Positions 11,946 through 25,320 of a DNA stretch of 64,000 nt are shown here, one piece after another. A program made the position numbers and the translations under genes. How positions within the stretch are numbered: position 1 is the first letter of the stretch; every line of letters begins with the position of its first letter. This DNA is from Euglena gracilis (Eukaryota): positions 31,024,012 to 31,088,011 of the forward strand of contig CP154954.1 in NCBI GenBank assembly GCA_039621445.1, written 5' to 3'. The notes below the pieces were generated by a model. The model did no database searches. It saw only the letters and a program-made list of their open reading frames with translations, and was not told the DNA's origin.

Positions 11946-14329
11946 ATCGCAGATTTGCAGAACCGCAATGCGGCAACCCGTGCACCAACACCACGTATTA
12001 GCGGACTAAAGGCCACAATGACCGATTTGCACCAAAAGCTGCAACAGGATGTTGGTAACATTGAAGCCGCATTGGCTAAGGTGCATGCACGCTATGCGGA
12101 AGTAGCTGGCAGAATCCCGGATGTCACCGGCGTTCAAAAAGTGTTAGCGGATTTGCACAAACGCATGCAAGATTTAATCATAAAAGTGCTTCAGGTGCAA
12201 TCACCAACCAAAGGCGTATTGCCATCAACATTACAAACTCCCAAAACCGCACCCGCACACTTGGAGCAATTTAGTGCATAAATGCGTGCGGAAAATCACC
12301 AAATCATGCAAGGAATCTGTGATAGTCTCATGAAAACCGAAAAAAAATCGGTGAAACAGGATGTCGCAAAACTGCAAAAATGACCTTACCGCGCTATCCG
12401 CGCAAGTTCCAGTGTTGAAGGAACAACCAATGGCTGAAAAAGTCAAAGAAAAGCATTCGGACCATCCCACCAAGCCATTTACACAACTGGAGGCCATTTC
12501 CACTTCGATGCGCACTTTGGCGGTACGAGTACAGGTATTGGACACAGGTTCCGGTGCAATTTCGAAAGATTTGCAGCCGATTTCCGACAAAATCCTGCTT
12601 TTGGATGAGTTACCCTCATACCGTAGGCGGAGTAAGCGTTTGCAGGAGGACGTGGGTCGGATAACCGACAATTGGCAGGTTGCTGACCATTTGGAGCAAC
12701 GTGTGCATCAGTTTGCTACATACTCGGACCAAGTACAAGCACTACCGCGTTCCATACATCAAAACCTGCTATCGGGTATGGTTGACACACTTGCTACATC
12801 TTCCGGCGGTCGAGCGGATACCCGCTCCCCGCGTCGTCATGATGCCAAAAGGCAATCACAATCGCGAAACTGCTGTTGCCTTTGTAGGTCTGAAGACCTC
12901 CACTCATCCAAGTGCCCACGTTCCCGTTCTCCCCGCCCTGGCCATGGTCGTCGCGATTGCAATTGCGGTTCTGCCAGTAGGCAGCGGGTTGGTTTCAAAA
13001 TATCCTGTATCGAGGAGAAACACCTGGCTTCGGGCAGGAGGAGGACGAGAGCACCGAGGATGAGTTGGCGGAAGACAGGAGTGCGATTCGCGCGACACGC
13101 GCAGTTTATTCCAGAAGTCCACCACAGGCCAAAGGGACGACTCCGATATGGAGTAGGGGAGCCCGAGGTCTGAGGGCACAGACATCTGGGCAGATGAACA
13201 GATGGAGGCAGGAACTGATCACCCCTGCCCCCCCTGCCAATCGGTCTTTTTGGTCGGTACCCAGAAAATGTTCAGGTCCTCCACTCCCCCCTCCAAGTTT
13301 TTGCTTGGAATGTTGAGCAAAGTAAGCAAATGGTCATGGAACAGTTGGCGCGACAACAATTTTACCTCTGACGCTCCGCTTTGCGTACCCCCCATGGAAC
13401 TATGGTTTGAGCCAAAATCAAAACACAAAATTTCTGTGCACAAGCCAAAATTTTAATCGACACAGTGTGTTGAATCCCGCTTATTTTCCGCAAAGGACTG
13501 ATACCCAACTCCCTCTTGGTTCATGCCAAGAATCCCATCAAAATTATGCCCTCTGAAAACAGCCCCATGTGCGGTGGTGACTTGGGATGCCTTTTTGGAC
13601 TGCCCAGCGGCACAACTTTTTTGTTTTCAACCAGGTGTGTTGATTTCAGACAGCTAACCCAACCTACACCAACTTATGCAGTGACACCCACACAAACGCG
13701 CACCTCAAGCACCAACCCTCCTACCAAAGCGCTCACTGTTCTGAGAATCTCCGCTTACCCTTATTTTGATTGTGAATGTCTAGTTGAATATTCCAAACTA
13801 ATCCGATTGGATCCCGGAACCGGGAATTTTTCATCCCCTACCCAAACCTTTACACTTGTTAGTGGTAGTTTCGGTACTTATTTAATAGATAACCAAAAGG
13901 TACAGAGCCAGAGTACAATGGGTGATACACTCATCCGTACACTTGTTATTTTTTCACATCTCACAACTGCACTTGTCCGGTTTTTCGCAATTTGCGGATG
14001 CTATTCAAGCACTACAGTGCAAATGCATGGCCTCCCTCTTCAGATTTGCGCCTAGCGCTCCCCACGCGCCTATGGCGCTCTCCACACACCCCGCGCATAT
14101 CGTGCTTCACGCACACAGTGCGAATTGAGACATATTACGCATTCTGCACTATTGCACATCACCGATGACTGCAGGTATGCCCAACCCACACATGCCCCGT
14201 CTGTATCGAGTCCTATGGACATGTGTGTGGATGATTCACAATTCTGTTGGTCTGTTTTACAGCATGTACCACCCCTTCAGGATGTTGAGCAGGTCTCCAA
14301 GAACACAAAGGACAATTGGAATGCTTTTC

Positions 14330-14720
14330 AGTTTGGTCAATTTCCAAAATCGCCGATATGGCGGTTTGCTTTGATTTGACCTTAGAATGATGATACATTC
14401 TCTTCCAACGGACATTCGCGATTACCGCGACGTTGGTCGCAGCATTCTAACGCTTTTGATAAGTTTTGTTGAGACACTATCCTTTGGATGCATCCCCCTA
14501 AAGCTTATCCCCCTTGTAAAAAAAATTTCCAGGATCAAGTGCGAGGCGCATTACTTCTTCCTGTGAATCACAGAAGCTGAATGGTTCAAAATTTGAATTA
14601 TGTCACCTTTTTTGGTGGGACCTGCCAAACGGTGTCCCTCTATTCGAGGATTTCCGTGGAGTAGCGTTACCACCTGTTCAAGAAAACAAATTTCGCGTTT
14701 GTTTCTTTGACAATTTTAAT
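14330..14720 (+). pseudogene. Dam-like (DIRS-type) N6-adenine methyltransferase domain in G1 pol
   Basis: DTFSSNGHSRLPRRWSQHSNAFDKF..LWMHPP..DQVRGALLLPV..EW..WWDLPNGVPLFE..FRVCFFD, lying between protease and RT. Confidence 0.75.
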
Positions 14721-17372
14721 TCTTCCCAAACTTCCCCCCTGAATGTTAGTGTTGGATGATACCGACCATGTAGGAGCCGATATGGCTTTGCTCCATTCTG
14801 CTGATAGGCATCGCCGTTCGGCCCCCTCTAGGGTTAATATGACCCATCAACAGGTTTCCGCTATCATTCAAAGTGCAGGACAGCACACCAATTCAGCAGA
14901 ACTTAATACGCGGATCAGTCACAAATTTTCTGGTGTTTCAGAGAATCCTGTTTACGCATGTGATATAGACCCCGCATATTAGCGGGCCTTTTGGTGTCTG
15001 TAACATTCAGCTTAAGGAAGGCGTAAAGCCAATGCATCGGAAATTTTTCCGTTGTTCAAGAGAAAGAGAGATATCTCTCAATGAAATGACTGAAAAGCCC
15101 ATAGAGCGGAAGTGGATCAACCCTTCGAAGAGTGAATGGACCTCATAGGCTTTTGTTCTTTCCTCAGCCCCCAGACCCAACTGGTCAGAAAAAGTGGAGG
15201 CTGGTACTGGATTATCGGTACTTAAACTCGCAAACGAAGGATGACCCATTCACGTTACCTCTATTTGAGGACCTCGTCGCAAAACAAGCGGATAACCGCT
15301 TGTGGGCAATTTTCGACCTGGGGGATGGATTCCACCGAATGCATCTGGATCCTGTTTCACAAGCCTATACGTCATTTGTAACATCCAAAGGTGTTTACAA
15401 ATGGACGGTTTTTCCAAGGGGTGTTAAAAATGGGCCAGCAATGTTTCAGCTCATGATCCAATGGATCTTCCGGGATTTACCGTTTGTGCTGGTATACATT
15501 AATGATGTTATGGTCGGAACCAGCCCTCCATCAGCGAATACACATTAGAATACTCTCGATGTTCAATATTGTGATGTTTGAGCTGTGTTAACCGCTTATC
15601 TCAAACACAGACGTTTCGTCAAACGTGCTAAAATGCCCTTATTTCGCGAAACAATAAAATTTTGCGGTTACATTCTGGATAATGGCCAACGCCGAGTTGC
15701 GCGTAGCAGACTTGAGGCTATTAAGAAATGTACACTGAAGTCATCAAGACCATCACTCATTTGAACGGGTTTTTGTGAATAGCCCAATACTACGCCGTTT
15801 ATTTGAAAGATTTGGCGAAAATCGCGGTACCTCTAACGAGGCAGCTCAAAATATTGCGCACCAGAAAATACAAAATTCAAATTGGACGCAGACATGCGTT
15901 AATCTCTAGAGAGCATTAAAAAGCTAACGCTTGAAAAGGTCGTACTCAACATCGGGGATCTCTACAAGCCTTATGTGCTCGAAGTCGATAGCAGCGATCA
16001 TGCTGTAGGCGGTGATCTAAGCCAGCGTGACGCAGACAACGAGTTACGCCCTGTAGCATTTTTCAGCCGGAAGCTACAAGTGAAGATTGCAAAGGCCAAG
16101 TCAAATGGAGTAAAAGCGGTGAAACCGCGCAGAGGTACCCTCCCTGGTACCCTTGACGTTTTCCGCGTACCCTCCGACATTTTTACGTCCCTCCGTATGG
16201 ATTTGTTTAAATTACAACCTTGCAAAGGATCAGACGGCAATCTTTACGACTATGTCTTTGTCGTCGTCTGCAGGCTGAGTGGTTACATAGTAGCCATTCT
16301 ATGCCAAAATGCAGGGTTGACCGCGCAAATTTTAGCACTTATATTTATCGAGAAGTGTATTTGCCTAATGGGTCTACCGAATGAGAATGTCAGTGATTGA
16401 GATCATTTCATCTCTTCCGGATTCTTGACTGGGAATCACTGGGAATCGAACATCATTTTTCCATTATATGTATCGCCCGAACGGCAATGGCCGCGCCGAG
16501 GCAGCAGTGCAGGCTGTTGTAAATATGCTCCGCCTCTCACTGGCTGACTCGCGCCAGGCCTCAGTCCAGGTTTTGCCATGGTCCCTCTATTATATAAACA
16601 CCCCACCGGGTTTAGTTTTGCCGCACTCCCCATACATAACTGTTTTTGGGCGAGAACCGCCGGCGATTGGTGATATACCATCAGAGAGACCGGCTGGAAG
16701 TATCGTAACCTGTGAGACATGGTTCTCTGAAGTAGTGACTCTCAAAACTACTGTTCAAAACCGTATCAATGATATCTATTCTCAAAATAGAAACAAATTT
16801 TTGCAAGTATTGAAAGCACATAGCTACATTCCTGGTGGCCGCGTATGGGTACGAAATAGTCGCACAAGCATGCAAGCTTCCAAGCTAGACCCCCTCTGGC
16901 TGGGACCCTGTTAAAATCCTGAACGCGCTGGTAACAATGGCCGCTATAGGATGGCACTGCCGAACGGGATCGAGAATGTTCACATGGATGATTTCAAGCC
17001 ATATCTGTCCCCGCCTAATAGCAAAGCACTACCGTGCCTTTTTTTTAAGCCCTGTACAAAATTACTAGAAACGGAGGATTTTGTGGAAGACAAAATTCTC
17101 GATAACAAAATTGATAGGGGTGTTCATTACTGGAAGGTCAGTTTGAAAGGATATGGGCTATAGGAGGACACCTGGGAGCCAGCCTCCAGTTTTGTCGGTT
17201 ATGTACAACAGGACTGGAAGCTGTGGAATAAAAGAAAAAACATAGACTTTTTTGTGAATGATTTTTGAAACTGGACTATAGGCCTTTTCCCCGCCTCTCT
17301 GTTTTCTTCCCACCCCCAATTAATGTTTCTCTTCCTTTTCCACACCTCAAAAAGTTACTTTTTCTCGCCAGA

Positions 17373-18774
17373 ATGCAGGACCCAGGTGGGAGCGGCCCAG
17401 GCCTGATGCTCTCCCTCCCTACCTGCCAAACTCCTATGCGGCGGCCCCACCGGCCAAAGGGACGCCAGCATGTGCGGTATACGAACCCCATCCTGCCGCT
17501 TATGCGGCTCAGGCACGAATGCCACCCCCCCCACTCAAATGGCTCAGGCACAGATGCCATACCCCTCTCAGTCACATATGTCAGCGCCCTCTCGGGTACA
17601 AATGTCGCCCCCCTCTCAGGCACAACCGGCATCTGTCGCTCCTGCGGCCCCGGTGCCAATGGGAGCTGCATATGCGGCACAGCCTCAACAGGCATATCAA
17701 GTTTCAACGCAACAACCACCACCTCAGCTGGCACACCAGGTTCCGATGGAACAACAACAGCACGTGAGGCAATGACAGGAACGTCCAATGGGGCAGGCGC
17801 ATTCTGCCATGCATGCCTCACCTCCCATCCTGTATACACCACTATGCAATCTCTCAGCAACCCCAACCACAACCCGTACAGGGTGTGCCACCACCACACC
17901 TTGTACACGCCGTACAGGCGACGGCACCTCCTCCTGCTGCTCATCCCGTCCGGGAACCCGCGGCCAAGACCGCAGTCAGCAGCAGTGGTATATCCGCTTA
18001 TGTGATCCTTGCGGCGCATGAGACACCCCAAGAAGCACCAACGGTGCCATACCCCGCATTCACCGCGGAATTGGTGAATCTCGCCGAGAAAACCCTGGGG
18101 ACCGCCTTGCGCGTTAGCGCAATCGAAAGAGCAGATCCATCCTTGGAGGTGATGTGGGATATCCACTGTCGTCAGATTTTAGTCCTGGCCAATGGACCTA
18201 TTGCACAATGGTACGCGTGTGGCAAACTCCGATGACAGGAAAAGTGTACGTCATGCCAGGGGAATATCCCCCCGACGTCAGCATGTGTTCACTGGGTATC
18301 CAGGTACCGCCGATTCCGCGGATACGTCATCGCACAGGTGCATTCACCGAAAAAATGCGAGAACAGAGCCCCTCAACAGAGGAAAACAGGACAGGTGATA
18401 TTCCAGCACAAACATTGCAACCATCACGAATTTTTCGCGACTCCCAGTCCCCACCTCATATGCCGAGACCACCCCCACCCGAATATCGAAAACCCCCAAC
18501 GCAATATGCATATCAGCCAATTACGCAACCGTCAGCTGACCAACCACGTTTCCCTTTTCCTGCGCATCTGGAAGCTGGAAGCCAGATTCCTGTACAACGG
18601 GACCAGCCTGTGGCTCAGGAGTCCACACCCTGGGCTGAGGAAGTGGATCAAGCTGAGGCCGATTGCCGAAGGCATGGATGTGGAAGAGGAAGTACCAATG
18701 GACATGAACCTCTTCAAGAACCCCGCTTAACCTCACATCAGCAACCCATCCAATACTACCAATCCCTGGAATAA
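17373..18774 (+). pseudogene. G1 ORF3
   Basis: Pyrimidine tract-AG-ATG at 17373; RVSA..MWDIHCRQ..W..DVSMCSLGIQVPP..TGAFTEKMREQSP. Confidence 0.8.
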
Positions 18775-20991
18775 CTCCAAGGCCCTCGGTCTAGAGAACG
18801 CAGACATGCGTCACAGCGTTACAGGCCGGCAGATCTGTTTGCGGATTTACACAAACGGTGCAACGGTATTCAAAAATCATTTCCGGATATCACCGGCATT
18901 GAAACCGCGCTTGCGGATTTGAATACCCAACACAAAAACTTACAAACCACCACTTCCCATTTACAAAAAAGCGTTCAAGCACTTTCTACAAGGGTCTCCG
19001 GACTCCAACCATCCTTAGATGGACAAACTGTTCGCGAAGTCGAACTACCCCCTGATTATCAGACATTTTACGACTAAATGCTTGCAAAAAATCAGAAAAA
19101 CTAAAAAGAATTTTGTGAAACCTTGATGAGGAACGAAAATTCGGTCCCCCAACAAACTCTCACACTATAACGACAAATTTCGATGTTGCAGAACCGACTT
19201 TCTACAATGATGGACGGCAGAACCGCTGAAAAGGCGGTAGGGGTAACCCAACCCACGTTGCGCACCTCAACCACACAAACCGAGAATCGGATGAACGCCA
19301 TTACAACCGCGATGGAAACTTTGGCTAAACGGGTCCAATTCTTGGACACCGTTTTCCAAAGCTTCAGCGCATTTTAACACCGTTGTTGACAAACTACCAC
19401 TTCTGGATAAGTTACCCCTATACCGCAAACGTATTAAGCGTTTGCAGTGTGACGTTGAACGAATTTGGGTCCTTTTCCAAGTGGTCGGTTCGTTAGAACA
19501 AAGTATCCAAGATTTTGCATTGAGTCTGGATAAGATTCATGCAAAGTCCTGCAACCCCCCGCACATTGCCCATGAAAACACAGCTTTCGGTGGTCAAAAT
19601 TCGACTCCCAGTTCACAAAGTGCTGTTCGCGCTTCAACAGAAGCATCTTCGGATGGCAGACATCCAACTCGCGAATTTGTGCATCAAATTCGCGACTCGT
19701 TGGATGCCAATCCTTCCAGAGGCGCAGTATGCACACCTCTACAAGCATCTTCGGATGCATATGCCCTACAAGCATCAACGGATGCACGTGATCATGCACA
19801 TGCTTAGAATCGCGATTACAATCGCTTGTTTATACTCCAACTTAAGATGCCCCCCGTAACGGTGAATCTTCAGATGAGGAACCGGTTTTTCACAAGGACC
19901 GCGAATCCTGGGGTTTTACAACAAGACCTCCTTGAATCGGGACTGATTCGTGGTACGAGCCATCCCCATACCCCGGGTATTGGCCATGGATCGCGAGCGC
20001 GAAACGGGGGAATCGCCGGCGGTTCCCCGCTTTGTGGGTGAACAACAGGCTTCCTACCTCCCTGGGATGTTACCAGTCCCCGAATCGCGGAACCGCGAAA
20101 CACAACCACAAAATTAGCAGAATCGCGATATACCAAACACCCTGTAGGGGGGGGGGGGCCAATCTGGCCCCCACTTTGTCTTTTCCATTGGCAGATCTGA
20201 CATTTGCAGGTTTTTCTGTAGCAATTCTTGTACTCCCCAGCCAGCATGAATCCTTCCCTTTCAGCTACCTTCAGCGCCCAGGGGCCACAGACATTTGTAG
20301 GGTCTTTCCCCAGGTACTTGACACACTGCCTCAAATTTTCCTTTTCAATCTGCTCCTCCCTGCGCCTTGATTCCTCCATCAGCCAATTCATTGCGCCAAA
20401 CCTTCCCAAAACCACAGCAAGAAACAAACCAGAAGTCAAAGCCCCAAAGGGTTCATACTGCTTGCCACCTGCACAAAGTTACAGATGACAGATTGTGGAA
20501 TGTACAAATTAGGAATCTCTGGCCTGGCTCTGCTTTATTCTGCTGCACATCTGGGAGCGAATCCCACACTCCCCTCCTCAAAAACCTTCCCAAGCTATGT
20601 CAGCCTTTGGCATCTGGGAGTCGCTCAAAGATGGGCTTCACCTGTGCCACCTGCCTTTCCCCCGCCCTCGAGCCACACAAGTCGTTTTTCGAGCAATTGC
20701 CGACCCCACCATGCCACACCCGTGCATGCCGTGGCCCACTGCCTGCGGTTTGTGCACAGGGGGCAATTGGTTCCCTGGAGCAATGGCTACCTGAGCAATC
20801 GTCGAAGACGTGCCACCAGGGCCTGCCACACAGGGGGGGGGAGGGTTTGGGGCAAAAGTTACCTGGGCAATCATCCCGGAAGATGTGCCACCAGGACTTG
20901 CCACACAAACCGGCATGCCACTGAAAATTCGACCCGGAGCTTTCGACAGGGGGCAAAAAGAACAAGGCAATCAGGTTAACACCCGGTCCGC

Positions 20992-21687
20992 TTAGTCCTC
21001 GAGTCGCTTGGCAGCCTTAAGCTTCAGCCTTCTCCTTCTCCGCTTCCAACTGGTCGTCTCATTCTTCACTCTTGACTTTGGTTCGTCTGCACCTGGCTCA
21101 GCCACATCCTTCTTCGGGACTTCCCAGTTGAACGGTTCTTCCTCGTCGGTGGACTCGCATCTGACCTTTGACAGCTCCTTCTGGCTTGCTTCTTGCACTG
21201 CATCACCAGCATGTACACCTGTGGCATGCACAGCTTGAGCATCTTCTCCATCACCACTTCTGGCATGCAATGGGTCCCCATGGCCCAGCTGTACATCCCC
21301 ACATCCGCCTTCATCAACTTCAATGTCACCATGTCCAGGGCTGTAATGCCCGATGCTGGCATTACACACCTCAGCATTCATTGACTTGTCATCTTCAGCA
21401 TGCACAACTTGGACATCTCTGCAAGGCTCATGAACCCTTTGTGTAGGGGGGGGGCCAATCTGGCCCCCACTTTGTCTTTTCCATTGGCAGATCTGACATT
21501 TGCAGGTTTTTCTGTAGCAATTCTTGTACTCCCCAGCCAGCATGAATCCTTCCCTTTCAGCTACCTTCAGCGCCCAGGGGCCACAGACATTTGTAGGGTC
21601 TTTACCCAGGTACTTGACACACTGCCTCAAATTTTCCTTTTCAATCTGCTCCTCCCTGCGCCTTGATTCCTCCATCAGCCAATTCAT
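20992..21687 (-). CDS. Intact 231-aa ORF of mini element B: KVAEREG..EY..CKCQIC, acidic region, basic tail KRRRRRLKLK
   Basis: Part of the listed 247-aa ORF, taken from the first usable ATG; crosses the LTR/internal border as in element A. Confidence 0.6.
   Translation of the reverse strand: MNWLMEESRRREEQIEKENLRQCVKYLGKDPTNVCGPWALKVAEREGFMLAGEYKNCYRKTCKCQICQWKRQSGGQIGPPPTQRVHEPCRDVQVVHAEDDKSMNAEVCNASIGHYSPGHGDIEVDEGGCGDVQLGHGDPLHARSGDGEDAQAVHATGVHAGDAVQEASQKELSKVRCESTDEEEPFNWEVPKKDVAEPGADEPKSRVKNETTSWKRRRRRLKLKAAKRLED
21430..21441 (-). promoter_or_regulatory. Self-priming PBS CAAAGGGTTCAT of element B
   Basis: Plus-strand ATGAACCCTTTG (21430-21441) is the exact inverted copy of CAAAGGGTTCAT at 21741-21752 inside the 5' LTR. 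Confidence 0.85.
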
Positions 21688-24600
21688 TGCGCCAAACCTT
21701 CCCAAAACCACAGCAAGAAACAAACCAGAAGTCAAAGCCCCAAAGGGTTCATACTGCTTGCCACCTGCACAAAGTTACAGATGACAGATTGTGGAATGTA
21801 CAAATTAGGAATCTCTGGCCTGGCTCTGCTTTATTCTGCTGCACATCTGGGAGCGAATCCCACAACCCATGATACTTACGGTAGCATGAGTACCATCCTG
21901 GATGCGCATTTGCGCACGCCACCACAACAACACCACACAAACAATTACAATGGAAATCGCCGATAGCAACGCTACTTCAAAGGTACAATTACAATTGCTA
22001 ATAAGGTCAAGCCACAATGGGACGGAGATCCCACAACTTGGAAACTATTTTGGCGTGACTGGGTACACTACTTGGACTTGAAGGGTCCAGCCCAACACGG
22101 GAACCCCGATGTAATCAAAATGGAATTTATTGGTTGCCTCTCCAAGGAAGAAAAAGAACGTGCCCGAAAACTTGTGATCCGGGTTCGGATTTCTTTTGAT
22201 GAACTGGTTGACCAATACGCGTCAACTTGTTCAAGCCTGATTTCGTGAATTACGCTGGAGAAAAAATGGCGGTAATTCGCGCCTACTGACAGAAAATGGA
22301 AGGCAATGGTATTCCAAATGGTTGGATTGGATGCTGAAGTTGATGAACTGGGAGAGAACAAAATGAAAGAGCAATTCGCTTCGGTTCTTCTCCTTTTCAT
22401 TTATACAATTATCAAGGACATTGACCGTGATGAACTCGCGGACAAAAAACTTACACTTGACCAACGGTGGAATTATTTTTCCAAACAAATGAAACTCTCA
22501 CAACTTTTGGGACATATTCAATCGGCTTATACCCACCACCCAACCGCTGGTCTCCCTAGCGGTACGGTAAGTGCCCTACAAAGGACGTCTTCTCCAAAAT
22601 CTCCGCGGGAATACGACAAACATACAAACTCCCCAAGTGGAGACACAAAAACGCGCTACCCGTGCTACACTGACCAATCTACTGACAAAACGTGCTTTTT
22701 GTGCAACAAATCGGGGCATACGCGCCGTGAATGCCCCCACCCTGATACACGAAAGCGGTATCAGAGTCCAAGGGGATCGCAATCCTTGCCGATCTCACGC
22801 TCCTCTGGATTTCACACAAATCTGGACAATCACAGTATTTGGGTTTTCTGCGGACGTGATTGCGCACCTTGTGGTCGCTCACCCCGACCCCCTTACAAAC
22901 ATGATACAAATCGCGATTCATCGCGGTCACGTTCGCAAAGTGGGTCATCTTCTGCGCGATCGTCATCCGGGAAACCGGATTACAACAGCCGTGGTCGAAC
23001 AGGATAAGGTTCACCAAGACCTCCAAGGGGTGAAAGCCCATCAACGTCACAAAACCGACAAAAGTGTTCCCTTTGTGGATCACACACCCATCACTCGTCC
23101 AAATGTTACTGTTCTCGCTCTCCCCGCCCGAACCAACGTCACCGTAGTGAAACAAAACACAACAAAATACTCAAGGTCGGGTTCAAAATCTCCTCTTTAG
23201 AGGAGGGAACCCCGGCTTCGGGCAGGGAGGTGGATGAGAACTCCAAATACTCGCTGGAGGAATACCGCAATGCGGTCCGCGCATTATGCGCTATCTATTC
23301 ACACAAGAAAACGATAAACAGCCGAAGTGCTGAATCGGACCTGGAGTAGGGGAGCCCGAGGTCTGTGGGCACGAACCTCTGGGCTGATGAACAGAGAGAA
23401 GTAGGACCTGATAAACCTTACTTTCCCTGCTCACCTGCCTTTTTGGTCGGTACCCGGAAAATGTTCACGTACCCCACCCCCCACCCCGAATTTTTGCCTG
23501 GAATGCTGAGCAACGTAGGAACGGGATCGTAGGACAGTTGGAGAGACAACAATTTTACACCGGATCCTGCACTTTGCCTACCCCCATGAAACTTATGGTC
23601 TAAGCGGAAATCTGAACACAAAATTTTTCTACCAAGTGCAAACTTTGGTTGACACAGGGTGTCACATTCCCCTTCTCTTTCAAAAGGGGTTACTTCCAAC
23701 CTCCCCATGTGCCCCATGTGCTGTGGTGACTTGGGATGCTTTTTGGACATGGTCCTCCCCATAATACCCAAGCACCACTCACAACCCCCACACATACAAG
23801 TATTTCTGGGTACCTGGAGTTATGAAGCGGGTATCCGCGGGTCTGACACAATTTTTGGTTTTCCGTTCTTCCGTCAGAACCGCCTTGTTGTGGACTGCCC
23901 CTCCCTCGGTTTGCACACTACTTCACGCACACAACCCACACCACCGAATTGCCCCCCAAGGCGACTTCCCAGACCTCCCCCCGCCTTTCAACAGACGCCC
24001 AACTGTGCTGATGAGATTTTTTTTACGTTGCATGGTACTCTTATTCCAAAACAACACAACACAACTTTTTTTGAACCGAAAACACCGTTTCCTACACCAG
24101 GGGTGAAGAAAAAGCTGCCACCCTACACACTACACTTTTACAGAACGATTTCACATGCGGTAGGGAAAGCCAGTAGCTTAACTCCCCACGTTTCACTGGG
24201 TTCCAAGGTGAAAGCGCAAGGGCCTGAAGTTATAAAGGTGTCGAGTAGCCGCCCAGCCGCACAACGTTTACGTTTTCCACCAGGTGTGTCGACTTCGGAC
24301 ACCCCTGTACACCCCCCAGCAGCTACAACTTTCAACACACCCGTACACACACTACACATGACTGACATGCAGTACCAGACCGACACTTCCTGCCAATGCG
24401 CACATTGTAGGAGAATTTCCAAACAACCTGATTTTCATTGTGGATGTATTGTTGAACCTTCCAGACTAACCGCTTTACTCAACGATCAGAGTACACTTGA
24501 TAGAAGAACCGGTACCGAGTTTACCCTGACAACCGAACGAGAACACAACACACCGGGTTGTTACCCGTTGTGTGTTGAAGTACATCGACAACTGGACAAA

Positions 24601-24869
24601 TGCGGAATCGCGTCCTTATTCGGAATCGCGAGAATCGCACAGGAGCATCTCCAATGGCAGAAAGCTAATTTCTCTAACCACGAATGGCAGAATGCCAATC
24701 CGTCCAATGTCCCCGGTTCCAAATGGCAGAATGCAAACAACAAGTGTACTTTTCACAAAACCCTTGTTACACTGGGTACAATGTCTGATGAAGTGTCTGC
24801 GGACACACCGCATTACCAAGTAAACTGTGTTTCAGCCCTCCACAGGACTGAAACCGCGACAGTTTTCAA

Positions 24870-25320
24870 GAAAGGCATTTGGAATGTACTCAACTTTGGA
24901 CAAGATCGCATTTTGGAAACCTGGTTTTCCAAAATGGCTCCAATCACGAAGCGGATGGACCTACAATTGGACATTGATGCATTTTTGTGCAAAGCACGTT
25001 CTCGTTTGCCCAATTACCGCTCAAGTCATTCAAATGTGTTTGATAAGTTTTGGGGTGATGTAGCCCTGTGGCTACATCTACATCTGTAATTCACTTCTCT
25101 TGTATTTTCACAAGATACTTCGGGATCAAGCACGCGGTGCGCTGCTCATACCGATATATCCCGAAGCGGAATGGTTCCAACAACTGACGTATGTCACTTT
25201 TCAGTGGTGGGATTTACCAAATGACACCCATTTATTTGAATATTTTTGTGATGTCATTTTACCTCCATTGAAAGAAGTCATTTTTCGTGTTTGTTTCTTT
25301 GATGCATTCGGAACTGTTGA
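24870..25320 (+). pseudogene. Dam-like N6-adenine methyltransferase domain in G2 pol
   Basis: LDIDAFLCKARSRLPNY..NVFDKFWGDVALWLH..KILRDQARGALLIPIYPEAEWFQQL..WWDLP..FRVCFFDAF. Confidence 0.8.

Larger units (their letters stand above)
7774..18780 (+). mobile_element. G1: degenerate Gypsy chromovirus with Dam-like MT domain and ORF3; no 3' LTR seen
   Basis: Gag from ATG 8101 (coiled coil, CCLCRSEDLHSSKC), protease ILIDT (~13450), MT (~14330-14720), RT 15132-15548 (YIND), RNaseH-integrase with an internal deletion near 16110, chromodomain ~17080-17230, ORF3. Interrupted by inserts at 9059 and 11372. Confidence 0.92.
20143..21864 (-). mobile_element. Mini LTR element B (1722 bp) inserted in G2 gag
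   Basis: LTRs 21442-21864 and 20143-20568 (differences seen: G-run length and one substitution), minus-strand termini TGTGGG...CCTACA, TSD ACCC (20139-20142 and 21865-21868), PPT GAGGAGGGGAG at 20569-20579 on the minus strand. Confidence 0.96.

Noticed and set aside
17373-18774. ORF3 as a retroviral env
   Set aside because: No signal peptide, furin site or transmembrane helix seen.
24650-24740. Three WQ(K/N)AN repeats in G2 pol
   Set aside because: Local tandem duplication absent from G1 and G3; no evidence of function.
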